Origin: Scyliorhinus canicula
Lineage: Eukaryota
Direction: 5' to 3'
Assembly (NCBI RefSeq): GCF_902713615.1
Contig: NW_024055760.1
Coordinates: 124,001 to 188,000 of the forward strand
DNA length: 64,000 bases
The translations under genes and the position numbers were made by a program. Below the pieces are notes generated by a model, which ran no database searches, was not told where the DNA came from, and saw only the letters and a list, made by a program, of their open reading frames with translations. Numbering within the stretch: position 1 is the first letter of the stretch; each line of letters opens with the position of its first letter. Of this stretch, positions 26,513 to 40,042 are shown one piece after another.

Positions 26513-29500
26513 TCTTTATTTGCTGACAGGTAGAGTAACGATGGGCCGAGGAGACTCCTTCTGTGCTGTGAAATGCTACCTACCTTTGAAAATCCCTCCA
26601 CACTCTGGATTTACCTAAAGAACCTTCTCTGGACTGCCTCCAAAATATCTTTCCTTACATAAGGAGACCAAAACTGATCACAACATTACAATATGACCTG
26701 GTGGAATTTGTACTCCTGTGTCTGGAGTATTAGTTCAGGCCTCCAGATTACCAGTTTTGTAATAATATTGCGAGACTATCCCGAAGACTGTAATATCCCC
26801 CCATCGAAAAGATGGAACAATTGGATCATGTGCGGAGGTATCTATTGTGGGAGGTGATAGTGATTCCACAGAGAGAATCATCATGGTTTGCATTTTGACA
26901 TTCTGAAATATTGCTCGGTGAATCTAAAGTTCAAACTATGGGTCCAGTCTTACATGGGTCAATTTAATTTTCAGAGGCTGGTCTTTTACTAGTCTTAGGT
27001 CCTATTCTGACACGATGGCAATGGTGATAGGGAATTCCACAGGCTCCATATAAAATATCAGTTATTCCAAAAATAGCACACCAGGGTCAGTCTCTGTTTA
27101 TATTTTACCGGACCATATTCCTGTTGCCTGTCACGATATTCTAAATGATTGTATATATTTGCTTGTTTGTACGAGTACAATCATTGTTGATTTGGAGATT
27201 ATATTAATTCTTGTTGATACTTATAAGTAGTTCTATGAAATTTGTATTTGCTCTGCTATCATGTGGGTAATATTGAGTTTAATATTTTACCACCGTCCCA
27301 GTAATGTACTAGACTTGAGGGACAGGTCTACATGTGAGCATCGCTGCACAGCACTTTCCAAAAGTTAATGGAAATCTCTGTTATGTTCAAAATGATGAAT
27401 TTACTCTTGTATTACACTCTATCCATTGGAAACTGGTTTTCATGGTGAGGATTTTTTTTCTGCCTCGTTTTATATTCACTAAACGCCTAATATACTGGCA
27501 GTGTGAGGCAGATCAGTGCTCTCACAGAATCACTAGAATGGCTCCCACAGGATAAATGTCCACACAATCATAGAACTCTCATCTGGTTAAGAACAGCAAG
27601 TGAATTCACTTCAAAAAGGGATTGGCCGTTCACGCAGTTGTGCATATAAAATATTGTTCTGGAGTTTTGCAACTGTAATTTATCAAGACGTTATGTTATG
27701 TTCAGAATTAATTGTTTTGCTTTGCGATGTCTTCATGCGTCTCGGCCCTAAGCTCTGGTATTCATTCCCCACTCCTCTTTACCTCAATTCCCTTAATAAA
27801 ATCATCCCATATAACCTGCCTCGTCGACCAAGTTTTTAATCATCTGTCCTAATAAGTCTTTACACATATATTAATCCAGACCCTGCAGCAGGAATGACTG
27901 CAAGAGACCCTACCTCAGTTTATAATATTCCAGACCCTGAATCAATAATCACTGCTCTATATCATTTAAGGGCAATCAACCTTTGTATCAGTAATTTCTG
28001 CACTAGAACCTGTTTCGATTTATGCTAGTTGAGACCTTGCATTAGTAATCACTGCACTATATCCAATCTCAGTAGCACTGTTGTTTCACAGCGCCAGAGT
28101 CCCAGTCAGTGCGGAGTCGGCACGTTCTCCCCGTGTCTGTGGGGTTTGCATCGGGTGCTCCGGTTTCCTCCCACAAGTCCCGAAAGATGTGCAGTTCTGT
28201 AATTTGGACATTCTGAATTCTCCGTCTGTGCACCCAAACAGGCGGCGGAATGTGGCGACTGGGATCTTTTCACAGTGACTTCATTGTAGGGCTACTTGTC
28301 AGCTTACTTGTGAAACAAATATTATTAGATTAGTTTAGGTTAATCTCCACCCCATATGAGTAATAATCGTTTTAGACCTTGGCATGGAGTCATGGAGAGT
28401 TAGCGGTTTACAATACAGAAAGATGCCCGTCACCCACCATATCTACGATGGCAGTCAGGTACCTGTCTATTGTAAGATAGTCCATAGATGGTCTTCCTAC
28501 CATAAAACCATAAGGCACAGGAGCAGAATTCGAAGATTAGGCGAATCGAGCGTGCTCCGCATTCAATCACGACTGTTATGTTTCTAATAGCCTATCTCCT
28601 GCCTTCTCGCCAGAACCCCTGATCCCCTTATTAATCTAGAAACTATCTATCTCTGTTAGCCTGGTTAGAAAGAGGGAACGATCCTTCGGCACTGCCACAT
28701 CAAATCCTCACCACCCTGTTCAGCTCAGGTTAGATACAGGGTAAATGTTTCTCTACAGTGTTCATTAAACACTACAAGGTAATTGAATGCTCCAACCACA
28801 TTTGAGAGTAAAACTCCCTCTATGTATTCCAATTCATTGGATTCGATCCATTTAGTTGGAAGCCAATGGGGTGAGATTGGGCTGAGAGATTATATTCGGC
28901 ACATGTTGGCTTCATGTTGTCGATTAAAGGCAGTGACCCATCGTGGAGAGACATGAGACAGAACCAGTTAGGAAAAAGGGACAGATATCAGATACAGGAG
29001 AACTGGAAAACTCTACTAACACATTTGGCGTGTCATTATATTTCGAGATTAGAGGGAATCTTTCCTAATTCTGAACATGGATATCATGATGATCTTTTTC
29101 TCATATAACTGACGAAGAATCAAATGTCAAAAACAATCATTACTGGAATCCGTTGATCTATTTGCGTCTTTGCCTCTATTTCAGTGCTGTATCGGTGGGG
29201 AAATAGTTGTTGTGCTTTTGTCAGTGTATAATCTAATCTGAGACTTCTATTTCTGTGTTTATTTACATAAACACCTCACTGGTTACAATGAAGTGTTCGT
29301 ATCAACAAAACGAACAGTCATTTATTGATTAAGTTCAACTTAAAATAGCGGTTTATTTTAAGAATATTGACAGTTGGTTGAAACGTATAGAAACATCCAT
29401 TAGAACAGATGTTACTTTACTTGAAATGAAAAAATAAAGTTAAATTAAGTATTAATTCTGAAAGTTCTGATGCCTCAATTAATAAATCATCTTTAACCAG

Positions 29501-30408
29501 GCTGTTATTCCACTGAATATTAATTTAATTGAAACATTAACCGATTTAAAGGAGATAAATTAAAACATCAGGCAGAGGAGTGACCCATAGTCACATTAAT
29601 CTCAGATCTTTCAACATATTACAACCAGCATTTTAAAATGTAACATGCGTGGAAAGAGCTTGCTTTTGTAAAACGCTCTACCCGACCTCAGGTCATCCCA
29701 ACGCCCTTAAAACTCACTGATATATTTTAGCTGAATTTAGTCGCTGCTCCAATGCTGGAAACAGAGCAGGGAATTTGTGCACAGCAAGCTCCAACAAACT
29801 GAGATGTGATAAGTGACCAGCTAATCTGTGATTTTAGTTCAAGAACGGACATTGGTCGAAGATACTGGGAAAAGCAGATTTACTCTTTACAATTATGTCA
29901 TTGAGGTAATCCACCTGAAATGTGAATCTGTTCTCTCTCTGCTGATGCTCACTGACCTGCTGAGCAGCCTTTTTTTGTTTTTGTTTTAGATTTCCGGAAT
30001 CTGCAGCACTTTGCACAGTTTTTAACATTCATTCCCGGCCTATGACCGTCACTGGCAAAGTCAGCATTAACTGCCCATCCTGAGAAGCCGGATGTGAACC
30101 ACCTTTTAGATAAGGTGCACTTCATACGGTTGAATTCACATCTGACTTTCTGTGGCAGCAGACCTTGAACTGATTGGCTTGCTCGGCAATATCAGAGATA
30201 GTTATGCGTCAACCACATCACTGCTGAACTAGTCACATAGAGGCCAGACAGGGTAAGGAGGGAAGATTTCTTCTCCTGAAGGATATTGGTGAACCTGCTG
30301 GGCTTTGGGAAATTTCAAGAGCTTCATGAGTATTATGAATGACGCAACAATTTTATTTCTGATTTATTAATTCATTCAATTGAAAGTCCCCCAGCTGCCA
30401 TAAAACCA

Positions 30409-30587
30409 GGGGCTGATTTAGCTCACTGGGCTAATTCGCTGCTTTTTAAAGCAGACTAAGCAGGCCAGCACCACGGTACGATTCCCGTACCAGCCTCCCC
30501 GGCCAGGTGTCGGAGTGTGGTGACTAGGGGCTTTTCACATTAACTTCATTGAAGCCTACTCGTGACAATAAGCGATTTTCATTTTCA
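30409..30587 (+). mobile_element. SINE family 2, present only in unit B
   Basis: GGGGCTGATTTAGCTCACTGGGCTAATTCGC...GCGATTTTCATTTTCA; absent at the unit A site near 25790. Confidence 0.8.
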
Positions 30588-31025
30588 AACCATAAGATGT
30601 AGGAGCAGAAGGTGGCCATTCGGCCCATGGAATATGATCTGCCATTCAATGAGATCGTGGCTGATCTAATAAATCCTCAACTCCACTTTTCCGCCTTATC
30701 CCCATAACCCTTGCTTCCCTTACTAATGAAAAATCTGTCTGTCTCAGTCTTGGACATATTTATTGACCCGGCCTCTCCAATTCTCTGCACCATAGAATTA
30801 CTCCCCTCTGGGAGACGAAATTCCTCTTCATCCACGTCTGAAATGAACGACACCTTACTCTGAGATGGTGCCCTACGGTCCCAGACTCTCCCACAAGCAG
30901 AAACAACCTCTAGCATCCACACTGTCAAGCTCCTTGAAAATACTACATATCTCAGTCAGTTCGCCTCTCATTCTTCTAAACTCCAATGCGTGTCGGTCTT
31001 CCCTACTAAAACTCTCCACATGTCA

Positions 31026-31099
31026 GTCTCTGTGGTGCAATTGGTCAACGTTTTTCGCTGCAAACCGAGAGGTCTGTGTTTCAAGACTATCCAGGACTG
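31026..31099 (+). pseudogene. tRNA-Asn-like pseudogene, paralog in unit B
   Basis: GTCTCTGTGGTGCAATTGGTCAACG...AACCGAGAGGT...CCAGGACTG; anticodon region mutated. Confidence 0.6.
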
Positions 31100-32214
31100 G
31101 ATTCTTTTCTATTTGATGACAGGCGCAGTAACGATGGGCCGAAGAACCTCTTTCTGTGCTGTGAAATTCCAGCTACCGATGAAAATCCATCCATACCCGA
31201 GATTAACCTAATGAATCTTCTCTGGACTGCCTCAAAAATATCTATCCTGAGGTAAGTAGACCAAAACTGTTCACATCATTGCAATATGCCCTGGTGGAAT
31301 TTGTACTCGAGTCTCTGGAGTAATAGTTCAGGCCTCCAGATTACCAGTCCAGTAATAATGTTGCGAACCAGCCCTAAGACTAATATCATCACATCTAAAA
31401 GATGGAGCAACTGAAACATAAAATACTCCTGCATTGGATCACATCTGGATCATGGGCTCAGGTATCTGTTGTGAGAGGTGACATTGATTCCACTGAGACA
31501 AGACTGTTAACCTATCATGGTTTGCATGTTGACATTATATTCTCAAATATTGCTCAGTGTATCTAAAGTTCTAATTCTGGGTCCCGCCTGATATGGGTCA
31601 ATTTAATTTCCAGAGGCTAGTCTTTTATTAGTTTTGTGTCTTATTCTTGTTATAAATTTAGAGTACCCAATTATTGTTTTCCAAATCAAGGGGCAATTTA
31701 GCGCAGCTAATCCACCCACCCTGTACATCTTCGGGTTTTGGGGGTGAAACCCACACAGACACAATGAGAATGTGCAAACTTCACACGGTCAGGGACCGAG
31801 AGTCGGGATCGAACTTGGTACCTCTGCACTGTAAGGCAGCAGTGCGAACCACTGCACCACCGTGCTGCCCCCGTCTTGTGTCTAATTCGGACACGATGGT
31901 AATGGTGAACGGGAATTCCACTGGCTCCATATAAAATGTCAGTAATTCCAAAAATAGCATCTGAGCACAAGCAAGGGAGAAACATATATACAACTGGGTC
32001 TTCACACTGCATGAGCTGCACGGTCACAGCGGTTGGAAGATCGGAATGTTTTCCTTCGAACCAAGCAGTTTTTGGGAGGCGTGGTAAAAATGGTCAAAAT
32101 TATGAATGGCTTTGTTTGATTAATTAGGAAGAAAGTTGAATCACTGGCAGGAGGGTCAGAAATCAGAAGACACTAATTCATGAAATATTAATTTCCCCCT
32201 CATTATAAACCTAT

Positions 32215-32580
32215 CAAATTGTAAAAGGACTGGACAGGGCGGATGCAGAAAAGATGTGTCCGATGGCGGGGAAGGTAGAACCAGAGGTCACAGTCTAAGG
32301 ATACGGGGTAAACCATTTAATACTGAGACGAGAAGTAATATCTTCACCCTGGGAGTTGTGACCCTGTGGAATTCTATACCACAGAACGAAGTTGACTCCA
32401 AAGTATTGTATGTTTTCAAGGAGGAGTTAGATAAAGCTCTTGGGGATCAAAGCTCTGAAGGGACCAAATGAAACAGGGGAAAGTGGGAACAGGTTACTGA
32501 AGTGGATGAGCAGCCATGATCAGAATGAATAGCGGAGCAGGCTCGAAGGACAGAATGGTCTACCCCTGCTCTATTTTCTC
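32215..32580 (+). mobile_element. CR1 LINE 3' end
   Basis: GGACTGGACAGGGCGGATGCAG...GGTCACAGTCTAAGGATACGGGG...CCTGCTCTATTTTCT; TRGHSLRIRG motif. Confidence 0.8.
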
Positions 32581-33762
32581 TGTCACTGTATTACATCATG
32601 TTTATTCTCATGTTAAATGAGACCCTGTCTTTATTTCTATTAAAGTAACCCCTGTCCCTGTCTACACTACACTGTACTGTTTGTGCTGCACTCAATTAAT
32701 AATATGCTAGAACATACATAGGATTAGATCACATTAAGTTCCGCCTCTATGATATTCCACAGGAATTTACATCTTCACATCACGCCAAGGCCTGTCTCTG
32801 TTGATATTACACCAGACCATGTTCCTGTTACCTGTCTGGATATTATAAATTATTGGACATGTTTGCTTGTTTCTCCAAGTACAATCATCGTTGATTTTCA
32901 GATTATGTTAATTCATGTTAATATCTATAAGTAGTTCTATTAAATGTGTATTTCCTCTGCTATCATGTGGGCAATATTGAGTTGAATACTTTACCAACAT
33001 CCCAGTAATGAATTGGTCTTGTGAGACATGTCTACATGTGAACACCGGTGCATTCAATTTCCAAAATTTCGTGGAAATCTCTGTTTTGTTCAAAATTATG
33101 AATTTACTCTTGTGTTATACTCTATCGATTGGAAAGTTTTTTTTCACGATGATGATTATTTTCCTGCATCGACTTATATTAACCGATCACCTGTGCACTG
33201 GCTCACAGTGTTCTCACAGTATCGCCACGATGGTAATGGTGGGCACCCATAGGAGAAATGTCCACCCAATCATACAACACTCATCTGGTTAAGAAGAGCA
33301 ACTAAAATCGCTACAAAAGGGTATTGGCCATTCGTGTAGGTGTGTATGTGAAACATTTTTCTCAATTTTTGCAACTCCAATCGATCAAGGTGTATTGCTA
33401 TCTTCAGAATTATTTGGTTGATTTTGCGATATCTTCATATGTCTCGGTCCTCAGCTCTGGTATTCATTCCCTACTCCTCATTACCTCAATTCCCTTATTA
33501 AAATCATCCCATAACCTGCCTCGTCAACCAGGTTTTTAATCATCTGGCCCTTTACACGTATATTAATCCAGACCTTGACCAGGAATGACTGCAATTGACC
33601 CTACCTCAGTTTATAATATTCTAGATACTGTATGAGTAATCACTGCTTTAGATCCTATCTCATTTAAGTTAATGAAACTTTGTATCAGTAATCGCTGCAC
33701 TAGAACCTGTCTCAGTTTATGTTCATCTAGACCCTGTATCAGTAATCACCGCACGATTTCCA

Positions 33763-33937
33763 GGGGCTGGTTTAGCTCACTGGGCTAAATCGCTGGCTTT
33801 TGAAGCAGACCAAGTCGGCCAGCAGCACGGTTCACTTCCCTGGACAGGCGCCGGAATGTGGCGACTAGGGGCTTCTCTCAGTAACTTCATTGAAGCCTAC
33901 CCGTGATAATAAGCCATTTTCATTTAATTTCATTTCA
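33763..33937 (+). mobile_element. SINE family 2
   Basis: GGGGCTGGTTTAGCTCACTGGGCTAAATCGCTGGC...CATTTCA. Confidence 0.8.
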
Positions 33938-33969
33938 ATCTCAATTTAGGTTAATCTACACCATGTACC

Positions 33970-35300
33970 CCTGAGGGATAGGATCTATTCACATTTGGAA
34001 GAAAATAGACTTATCAATGATAGGCAGCATGGTTTTGTTCAGGGAAGGTCATGTCTTACAAACCTAATAGAATTCCTTGAGGAAGTGCCAAAGTTAATTG
34101 ATGAGGGAAGGGCTGTAGATGTCATATACAGGGACCTCAGTAAGGCGTTTGATAACGTTTCCCATGGCAGATTGATGGAAAAAGTGAAGTATGGTGTTCA
34201 GGGTGTATTAGCTAGATGGATAAAGAACTGTCTGGGCAACAGGAGACAGAGAGTAGTGGTGGAAGGGAGTGTCTCAAAATGGAGAAAGGTGACTAGTGGT
34301 GTTCCACAGGGATCCGTGCTCGGACCACTGTTGTTTTTGATATACATAAATGATCTGGACGAAGGTATATGTGGGCTGATGAGCATGTTGCAGATGATAC
34401 TAAGATTGGTGGAGTTGCAGATAGCGAGGAGGACTGTCAGAGAATACAGCAAAATACTGTTAGATTGGCGAGTTGGGCAGAGAAATGGCAGATGGAGTTC
34501 AATCCAGGCAAATGCGAGGTGATGCATTTTGGAAGATCTAATTCAAGAGCGGACTATATGGTCAATGGAAGAGTCCTGGGGAATATTGATGTACAGAGAG
34601 ATCTGGGAGTTCAGGTCCATTGTACCCTGAAGGTGGCAACGCAGGTCGATAGAGTGGTCAAGAAGGCACACAGCATGCTTGCCTTCATCCGACGGGGCAT
34701 TGAGTATAAGAGTCGGCAGGTCATGTTACAGTTGTATAGGACTTTGATGAGGCCACATTTGGAATATTGCGTGCAGTTCTGGTCACCACATTACCAGAAG
34801 GATGTGGATGCTTTAGGGAGGGTGCAGAGGAGGTTCACCAGGATGTTGCCTGGTATGGAGCGTGCAAGCTATGAAGATAGGTTGAGTAGATTAGGATTGT
34901 TTTCGTTGGAAAGTCGGAGGTTGAGGGGGGACCTGATTGAGGTCTACAAAATTATGAGAGGTATGGACAGGGTGGATCGCAACAAGCTTTTTCCAAGAGT
35001 GGGGGTGTCAATTACAAGAGGTCACGATTTCAAGGTGAGAGGGGGAAGGTTTAAGGGAGATGTGCGTGGAAAGTATTTTATGCAGAGGGTGGTGGGTGCC
35101 TGGAATGCTTTGCCAGTGGAGGTGGTCGAGGCGGGCACGTTAGCATCATTTAAGATGACTCTGGACAGATATATGAACGGGCGGGGAACAGAGGGAAGTA
35201 GATCCTTGGAAAATAGGCGACAGGTTTAGATAAAGGATCTGGATCGGTGAAGGCTGGGAGGGCCGAAGGACCTGTTCCTGTGCTGTAATTTTCTTTGTTC
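33970..35300 (+). mobile_element. 5'-truncated CR1 LINE, RT domain with frameshift
   Basis: [58 protein letters not shown] and TRGHDFKVRG motifs; CR1-type 3' tail. Confidence 0.95.
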
Positions 35301-35449
35301 TTTGTATTAGTGATCATTGCTTTAGACTCTGTCATAGGGTCATGGAGTCTGAGAGTTTTACAGTATAGAAAGATGCCCTTCCACCGATCATTTCTGCGAC
35401 GACAATCAAACACCTATCTATTCTAAGATTGTCCATAGATGGTCTTCCT

Positions 35450-37070
35450 ACCATAAAATCATAAAACATAGGAGCAGAACCCGTCCTTTTAGTCCATCGA
35501 GTCTGCTCCACATTGAATCATGACTGTTATGTTTCTAATCCTCATTCTCCCGCCTTCTCCCCATAATCCCTGGTCCCGTAATTAATCAATAATCTGTCTG
35601 CCTCTATCTTATAGGCACTCAGTGACTTGGCCTCCACAGCCTTCTGCGGGAATGAGTTCCACAGATTCAAGACCCCCTGGTTGAATAAAGTTATCCTCTT
35701 CTCAGTTGTGAAGGATTGTCCCTTAAATCTGAAGCTGTGCCCTCGGGTTCTCGTTTCACCTACTAGGCCTCTCACTATTCTGAAAGTTTCAATGTGACCC
35801 CACTCCCACACACCGCCCCGCGGCCCACTCCCCTCACGACGCCTCATCCTTCTAAATTCTATCCAGCACAGACCCAGAGTCCTCAACCGCTCCTCATATG
35901 ACAAGTCCGTCATTCCGAGGATCAGTCTTGTGAATCTCCTCTGGAGCTTCTCCAAGGCCAGCACGTTGTTTCTTAGATAAGGCGACCAAAACTGCTCACA
36001 ATATTCCAAATGGGGTCTGACCAGAGTCTTATAGAGCCGCAACAGTTACATCCCTGCTCTTGTAATCTAGCCCTCGCAACATGAATGCTAAAATTGCCTT
36101 TGTCTTCCCAGCTGCCAACTGAACTTGCATGTTAACCTTAAGAGAATCGTCAACTAGAATTCCTAAGTGCATTTGAGCTTCTGATTTCCTAAGCCCTACT
36201 CCAATTAGAAAATACTCTATGTTTCCTCCAAAATGCAGAACTTTACACTTTTCTACATTGTATTCCATCTTCCACTGCTTTGCACACTCTCTTAGCCTGA
36301 CCAAGTCTTTCTGCAGCCTCTCTGCTTCCTCAGCACAACCTGTCCCTCTACGTATCTGAGCATCATCTGAAAACGTAGCATCAGTGCCCTCAGTTCAAAG
36401 GTAATAATAAAATCTTTATTAGCTTTTACATTACATCAGCCTTTAAAGGCTTCCGTATCCTCTGGCATCCCAGTAATCTTCTCCACATTGCATCCTTTGC
36501 TTTTATGCTGTCCTTGACTTCCCTTGTCAACCATGGATGCCCTGTCCTCCCCTCAGCATGGTTTCTCCTCTTTGGGATTAATTTATGCAGTGCCTCGCGA
36601 ATAATCCCCAAAACGTCCTGCCACTGCTGTTCCACTGTCTTCCCTGCTCAGCTCCCTGTCCAATCAAATCTGGCCAGCTCTTCCCGTGTATCTCGTCAGT
36701 ATTTCACAAAATTCCTTTTCTTGGGATCTGCTACCAACCTGACTTTCCCTGTCCTCCTCCATATTGAAGTCCCCCATGATTATTATAATATTTCCTCTCT
36801 TATGTGCCTTTTCAATCTGCTGATTGATATTGTGCCCCACATTCTGACTACGGCTAGGGGGCTGTACGTACCTCTCATCAGGGTCTTTTTTCCTTTGAGA
36901 TTCGTCAACTCTGCCCACAGGGATTCTACACTTTCGGACACTAAATTGCTTCTTGCTATCGAGTTAATTTCATTCCTTACTCGCAATGCAACCCCGCCCC
37001 CTTTGTCCACGCATGCCAATTTCAATATGTGCAATGAGTTCATTTACCTTGTTCCGTATACTGCCCACAT
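35450..37070 (-). mobile_element. Fragmented CR1 LINE(s): RT 3' part (35450-36400) and endonuclease part (36420-37070)
   Basis: RPHLEYCEQFWSPYL, WKMEYNVEKCKVLHFG, KGGGVAL and IIMGDFN motifs. Confidence 0.85.
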
Positions 37071-37439
37071 TTAGGTACAACACCCTCAGTTCTGCGTTGA
37101 CCATCCCTTCTCATCGTTGTCCCTTTTTCTGCTGTGCCTGAAGTTGCATACACACCTCTATCCATACTCCCTACTCTCGCATGTGTTCAGGAAACTTTAC
37201 TAACCTCCCATAAGCTCTCGGCCCGTTTCACTCGGTTAATGTCCTGATCACTAACCTACACTCTCACCTTCTCTTTTAACTTTGGTTTTCTAATTTTTCA
37301 TACAACCGACCCCCCTCCCCCCAATATTTCGTTTTAAAGCATCACTTCTCAGCATTGAATTTTATCTGCCACCTATCTACCTGTGAACATGAAAAAGCCA
37401 GTGACCTGTTGCAGCCTAGGCTGGACGCATCCTTGTTAC

Positions 37440-37905
37440 AACACCAGGGACGGCGGGACTGTCATATGAGGAGAGATTGACTACGTTAGGAATGTTCTCG
37501 ATGGAGTTCAGAAGAATGAGTGGGAAGCTCATAGAGACTTATAAAATTCCCGCAGGACGAGACAGTGTAGATGCAGGGAAGATGTTCCCGATGATGGGTG
37601 TGTCCAGAACCAGGGGTCACTGCCTGAGGATTCAGGATTCATTTCGGACAAAGATAAGGAGACATTTCGTCACCCAAAGAGTGGTGAGCCTGTGGAATTT
37701 ATTAGCACCGGAAATAGTTGATTCTAAAACATTGAATATGTTCAAGAGGCGGCTAGATATAGCACTTGGGGAGAATGGGATCAAAGGCTGTGGGGAGAAA
37801 GCAGGATTAGGATATTGAGTTGGATGATCAGCCATGATCGTGACAAATGGCGGAGCAGGCTCGAAGGGCCAAAAGGCCTCCTCCTTCTCCGAACTTCTAC
37901 ATATC
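37440..37905 (+). mobile_element. CR1 LINE 3' end
   Basis: LGMFSMEFRRMSGKLIETYKI...RTRGHCLRI...QRVVSLWN. Confidence 0.85.
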
Positions 37906-39129
37906 TATGTATGTAATCCTCTTCCCTGTTTACTACATTGTCAGTTTTGGAGACAAATGAAACATTTCAATTGATATCATGTGAACCCGAGTCCCGGACC
38001 CTGTCTATTAATATATAACAGAAAAAGCAGTGCTGCTAATATTACCCACTGCAGAATAACACTGTACCCCACCCAATCTGAAACAATTGTTAAGAACTGT
38101 CCCTTAGTCACTGTTGTACACATTCTGCTCCTGCCCCTTTAATCACCTGAGCATCAATTTTCCCCACTTTTCATATATGACACAGACATTAAGATATTTG
38201 TCCCAGACCTCTCCATTCCTCGAGTCCCATCAGAATTCCAAGGACAGCTTCAGTAACGCTCTGCTTGTCTAAACTATTCCGTCTAATTCTCGCAGGCCAG
38301 GTACAGTACGGGGTTGCATACAGAGCAAAGCTTCCTGCACACTGAACCAGCAAACACTCTCAGGCCAAATGCATCACAGGATCAGATAAAGACGAAAGCT
38401 TCCTGAAACCTGTCCCATTATACACTCCCAGGGCCCCAACAGTAAACATTTAGTTACTGAGTAAACTTCCCTTAACAATCTCGCCTCAAATACTCGAAGG
38501 ACAGGTACAGTACAGAGCAAAGCCCCCTCCACAACATCCGCCAACTAACATGTGAAGGACAGGTAAAGCATATGTGAGGAACAGAGTAAATTTGCCGTAC
38601 CATCAGATACTTGCAGAGCAGGAAAAACGCAGGGCATGTGGAGAGTTAAGTTCCTGATACTCCGTCCCATTAATCGGTATGAAACAGGAATTATTTGTGC
38701 AGGGGTTTGGTGTGAAAATGTCCACACACACGCACAAACACTCAGAAAACAACGGACATGTGTCTTAATGTATATAATCTCAACCGTGTAACGGTGAATC
38801 TTGGGCCGACCCTGCAATCGACCCTGTCACCTTTTGTACGAATGTATACCCTGAATCAGTAATCACTGCATTAGACGTTATCTCAGTTTTCGCTAATCTA
38901 GATCCTCCATCAATAATTACGGTACTAGAATCTGTCTCACTTTATATTAATCTCGACGCTCTATCAGCAATTAGTGCTCTTGAATCCTGTCTAAATTTAT
39001 ATTACTGAAGACACCCCCCATCAGAAATCACTGCACTCGGCCTTGTCTCAGTTTATATTAATCTAGACCCTGTATCAGGAACTACTGTACTAGACCCTGT
39101 TTCAGTTTATGTCTAACTTAGGCTTTGTT

Positions 39130-39400
39130 GCATTACATAGACACATAGAAGTATAGAAGCATAGACAATAGGTGAAGGAGTAGGCCGTTCGGCCCCTTGA
39201 ACTTGTTCTTCCATTCATTGTGATCGTGGCTGATCATCCAGACTCTATAGACTCTTCTCGCTTTCCCTCCATATCCTATGATCCCTATAGCCCCAAGAAC
39301 CATATATAATTCCTTCCAGTAAACATACAAAGTTGTGGCCTCAACTGTTTTGTGTGGTAGAGAATTCCACAGATTCACCACTCTAGGTCAATACATTTCT
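39130..39400 (-). mobile_element. CR1 LINE 3' end
   Basis: VVNLWNSLPHKTVEA followed by a typical 3' tail. Confidence 0.75.
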
Positions 39401-40007
39401 CCACATCTATATCCTTAGACTGTGTCCCTGATTCTGGACTCCCCTCCATTAATCATTGCTGCACACCACCTTGTCTCCGTTATTATGAATATTTACCCTG
39501 TAACAGTAACCCCTGCATTAGAACCCTACACCAGTTATTGTGAATACCGGTCTTTTCAAAGTATCATAGAATCCCGACAGTGCAGAAGGAGGCCAGTCGG
39601 CCCATCGAGTCTGCACCCGCCCTCCAAAAAGGCACCCCACTGAGGACCACTCCTCCACCCTATCCCCCTACCCTTTGCACACTCAGGGGAAATCTTTTAG
39701 AATGGCCAATCCACCTAACCTGCGCATCTTTGGACTGTGGGAGGAAATTCTCGGTTTCCACTGCACTGCACTGTCTCCACTTGTATTAATCGAGGCCCTG
39801 TTTTAGTCATTCCGGGACACCGCTGGCTCTGTTTATTTAATGTCAGTTTATGTACCTGTAAATGATGCGCTTCTCTCTGTTTTAGTTATTAATGTGCGGG
39901 ACAATACCAATATTAATCGTGATGTGGAGCTGCCTGTTGTTGGACAGGGGTGAGCTCAGGAAGAAGTCTTACAACAATAGGTTAAAGTCCAACAGGTTTG
40001 CTTCAAA

Positions 40008-40042
40008 CACTAGCTTTCAGAGCACTGCTCCTTCCTCAGGTG
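40008..40042 (-). ncRNA. Second minimal hammerhead motif in the inverted pLTR
   Basis: CAC-CUGAGGA-A-GGAGC(AGU)GCUCU-GAAA-GCUA-GUG. Confidence 0.6.

Larger units (their letters stand above)
23640..33750. repeat. Tandem segmental duplication, unit A about 23640-28640 and unit B about 28680-33750 (continuing to about 35600 after insertions)
   Basis: Collinear anchors, e.g. CTGCCACATCAAATCCTCA (about 23655/28693), ATAGCGGTTTATTTTAAGAATATTGACAGTTGGTT (about 24449/29345) and GGCCTCCAGATTACCAGT (about 26738/31331); 28384-28640 matches 35340-35590. Confidence 0.9.
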
